Positions 63,001 to 64,000 of a stretch of 64,000 nt of DNA are shown one piece after another (the stretch's first letter is position 1; each line of letters begins with the position of its first letter). The stretch is from the human T2T-CHM13v2.0 reference genome, Homo sapiens, in the NCBI RefSeq assembly GCF_009914755.1, contig NC_060927.1; one strand, 5' to 3'. The position numbers were made by a program, and so were the translations under genes. The notes under the pieces were generated by a model. That model saw nothing but the letters and a program-made list of their open reading frames with translations. It ran no database searches and had not been told where the DNA came from.

Positions 63001-64000
63001 ATAAAATATCAAAGTACCCTAACTATACATTATATACTGTACATAAAATATGAAATTACATCAAATATATATTATATTAGGTACATAAAATATGAAAGTA
63101 CATCAAATATAGATTATATACTGTACATAAAATATCAAAGTACCCCAAATATATATTTTATACTCTACATGAAATATCAAACTTCACAAACCATACATTA
63201 CATACTTTCCATAAAATATCAAAGTACCCATGGCATATATTCTATACTGTACAAAAGATATCAAAGTACCCAAAGCATGTATTATATACTGTACATAAAA
63301 TATGAAAGTACATCAAATATATATTTTATTCTGTACATAAAATATCAAAGTACACCAGATATATATTGTATAGTGTACATAAAATATCAAAATACCCAAA
63401 CTATATATTATATACTGTACATAAAATATGAAATTACATCAAATATGTATTATATTAGGTACATAAAATATGAAAGTACATCAAATATAGATTATATACC
63501 GTACATAAAATATCAAAGTACCCCAAATATATATTATATACTATACATGAAATATCAAATATCACAAACTATATATTATATACTGTACATAAAATATCAA
63601 AGTACCCAATGTATATATTCTATAGTGTACAAAAAATATCAAAGTACCCAAAGCATGTATTATATACTGTACATAAAATATAAAAGTACATCAAATATAT
63701 ATTTTATTCTGTACATAAAATATGAAAGTACACCAGATATATATTCTATAGTGTACATAAAATATCAAAGTACCCAAACTATACATTATATACTGTACAT
63801 AAAATATGTAATTACATCAAATATATATTATATTAGGTACTTAAAATATGAAAGTACATCAAATATAGATTATATACTGTACATAAAATATCAAAGTACC
63901 CCAAATATATATTATATACTGTACATGAAATATCAAAGTTCACAACTATATATTATATACTGTACATAAAATATCAAAGTCCCCAAGGTATATATTCTAT
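54013..64000 (+). repeat. Three near-identical tandem copies (plus the start of a fourth) of a 3304-bp (79-monomer) super-unit
   Basis: Unit starts at 54013, 57317, 60621 and 63925. ORF triplets 54371/57675/60979, 55428/58732/62036 and 56183/59487/62791 are all spaced by 3304, with near-identical translations. 79x42 minus 14 deleted bases = 3304. Confidence 0.93.

Larger units (their letters stand above)
1..64000 (+). repeat. Human Satellite 1A (HSat1A / SAR / classical Satellite I) array, 42-bp monomer, continuing beyond both window edges
   Basis: A continuous 42-bp period of a 17-bp part (ACATAAAATAT[C/G]AAAGT) and a 25-bp part (ACCCAAA..TATATTATATACTGT), each bounded by GTAC (RsaI) sites. 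This is the classical Satellite I two-part structure. Hand-counted monomers are roughly 20-25% GC, and 64000/42 gives about 1500 monomers. Human origin is by recognition; a great-ape orthologue cannot be excluded. Confidence 0.96.
1..64000 (+). repeat. 378-bp 9-mer higher-order repeat (monomers A-I)
   Basis: Nine monomer types recur in fixed order with diagnostic cores: A GTTCACAAAC, B CCCAAGGTAT, C CAAAAAA..CCCAAAGCATG, D GAAAGTACATCAAATATATATTTTATTC, E CACCAGATAT..ATAGTG, F CCCAAACTATACAT, G GAAATTACATC..ATTAGG, H CATCAAATATAGATT, I CCCCAAATAT. A-monomer starts lie 378 bp apart (7097/7475, 8229/8607, 55428/55806), and the ORF track shows a 126-aa period. Confidence 0.96.

Noticed and set aside
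128-63969. More than 100 Tyr/Ile/Lys-rich + strand ORFs (up to 518 aa at 50708-52264) with a 14-aa repeat
   Set aside because: These are translations of a 42-bp satellite whose length is divisible by 3 and which has one stop-poor frame. Stops and 1-bp/5-bp frameshifts are freely propagated by duplication, and there is no unique domain or gene context.
1-64000. CRISPR-like look: a conserved about 17-bp part alternating with a more variable about 25-bp part
   Set aside because: The variable parts are homologous to each other and cycle every nine units rather than being unique spacers. There is no leader and no cas gene.
1-64000. Transposon insertions, inversions, unique islands, alpha satellite/CENP-B boxes, HSat1B or HSat2/3 (CATTC) sequence
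   Set aside because: None seen on reading through. Monomer orientation and register are maintained end to end, although a very short insertion could escape manual inspection.
1-64000. TATA-like boxes, TGTACA palindromes and FOX-like GTAAATA motifs as promoters or enhancers
   Set aside because: Expected by composition in an AT-rich repeat; there is no independent evidence for any specific regulatory site.
1-64000. Assignment to a specific chromosome (chr3, chr4, chr13 or other acrocentric HSat1A arrays)
   Set aside because: This needs alignment of diagnostic k-mers to a T2T assembly and cannot be determined by eye.

Overview
The whole 64 kb window is one uninterrupted, single-orientation, very AT-rich tandem array matching human Satellite 1A (HSat1A, classical Satellite I, Repbase SAR). 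The 42-bp monomer (ACATAAAATATCAAAGT + ACCCAAACTATATATTATATACTGT-like) is organised as a 9-monomer, 378-bp higher-order repeat, with monomers labelled A-I here. I see no credible genes, transposon insertions, inversions or CRISPR arrays. The ORF track is an artefact of a 42-bp (3x14) period with one stop-free frame, but it is a useful variant barcode. That barcode shows a third tier of organisation: interleaved 1716-bp (41-mer) and 2425-bp (58-mer) units at about 23-35 kb, a 3304-bp (79-mer) unit that becomes a near-identical tandem at 54-64 kb, a 1793-bp deletion derivative of it, and many dispersed kb-scale in-register duplications. A speculative but testable observation is strand-specific RNA motif content: the + strand carries a Pumilio element (UGUANAUA) at 5-6 of every 9 monomer junctions, and the - strand carries an AAUAAA once per 378 bp. 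Chromosome of origin cannot be assigned from the sequence alone.
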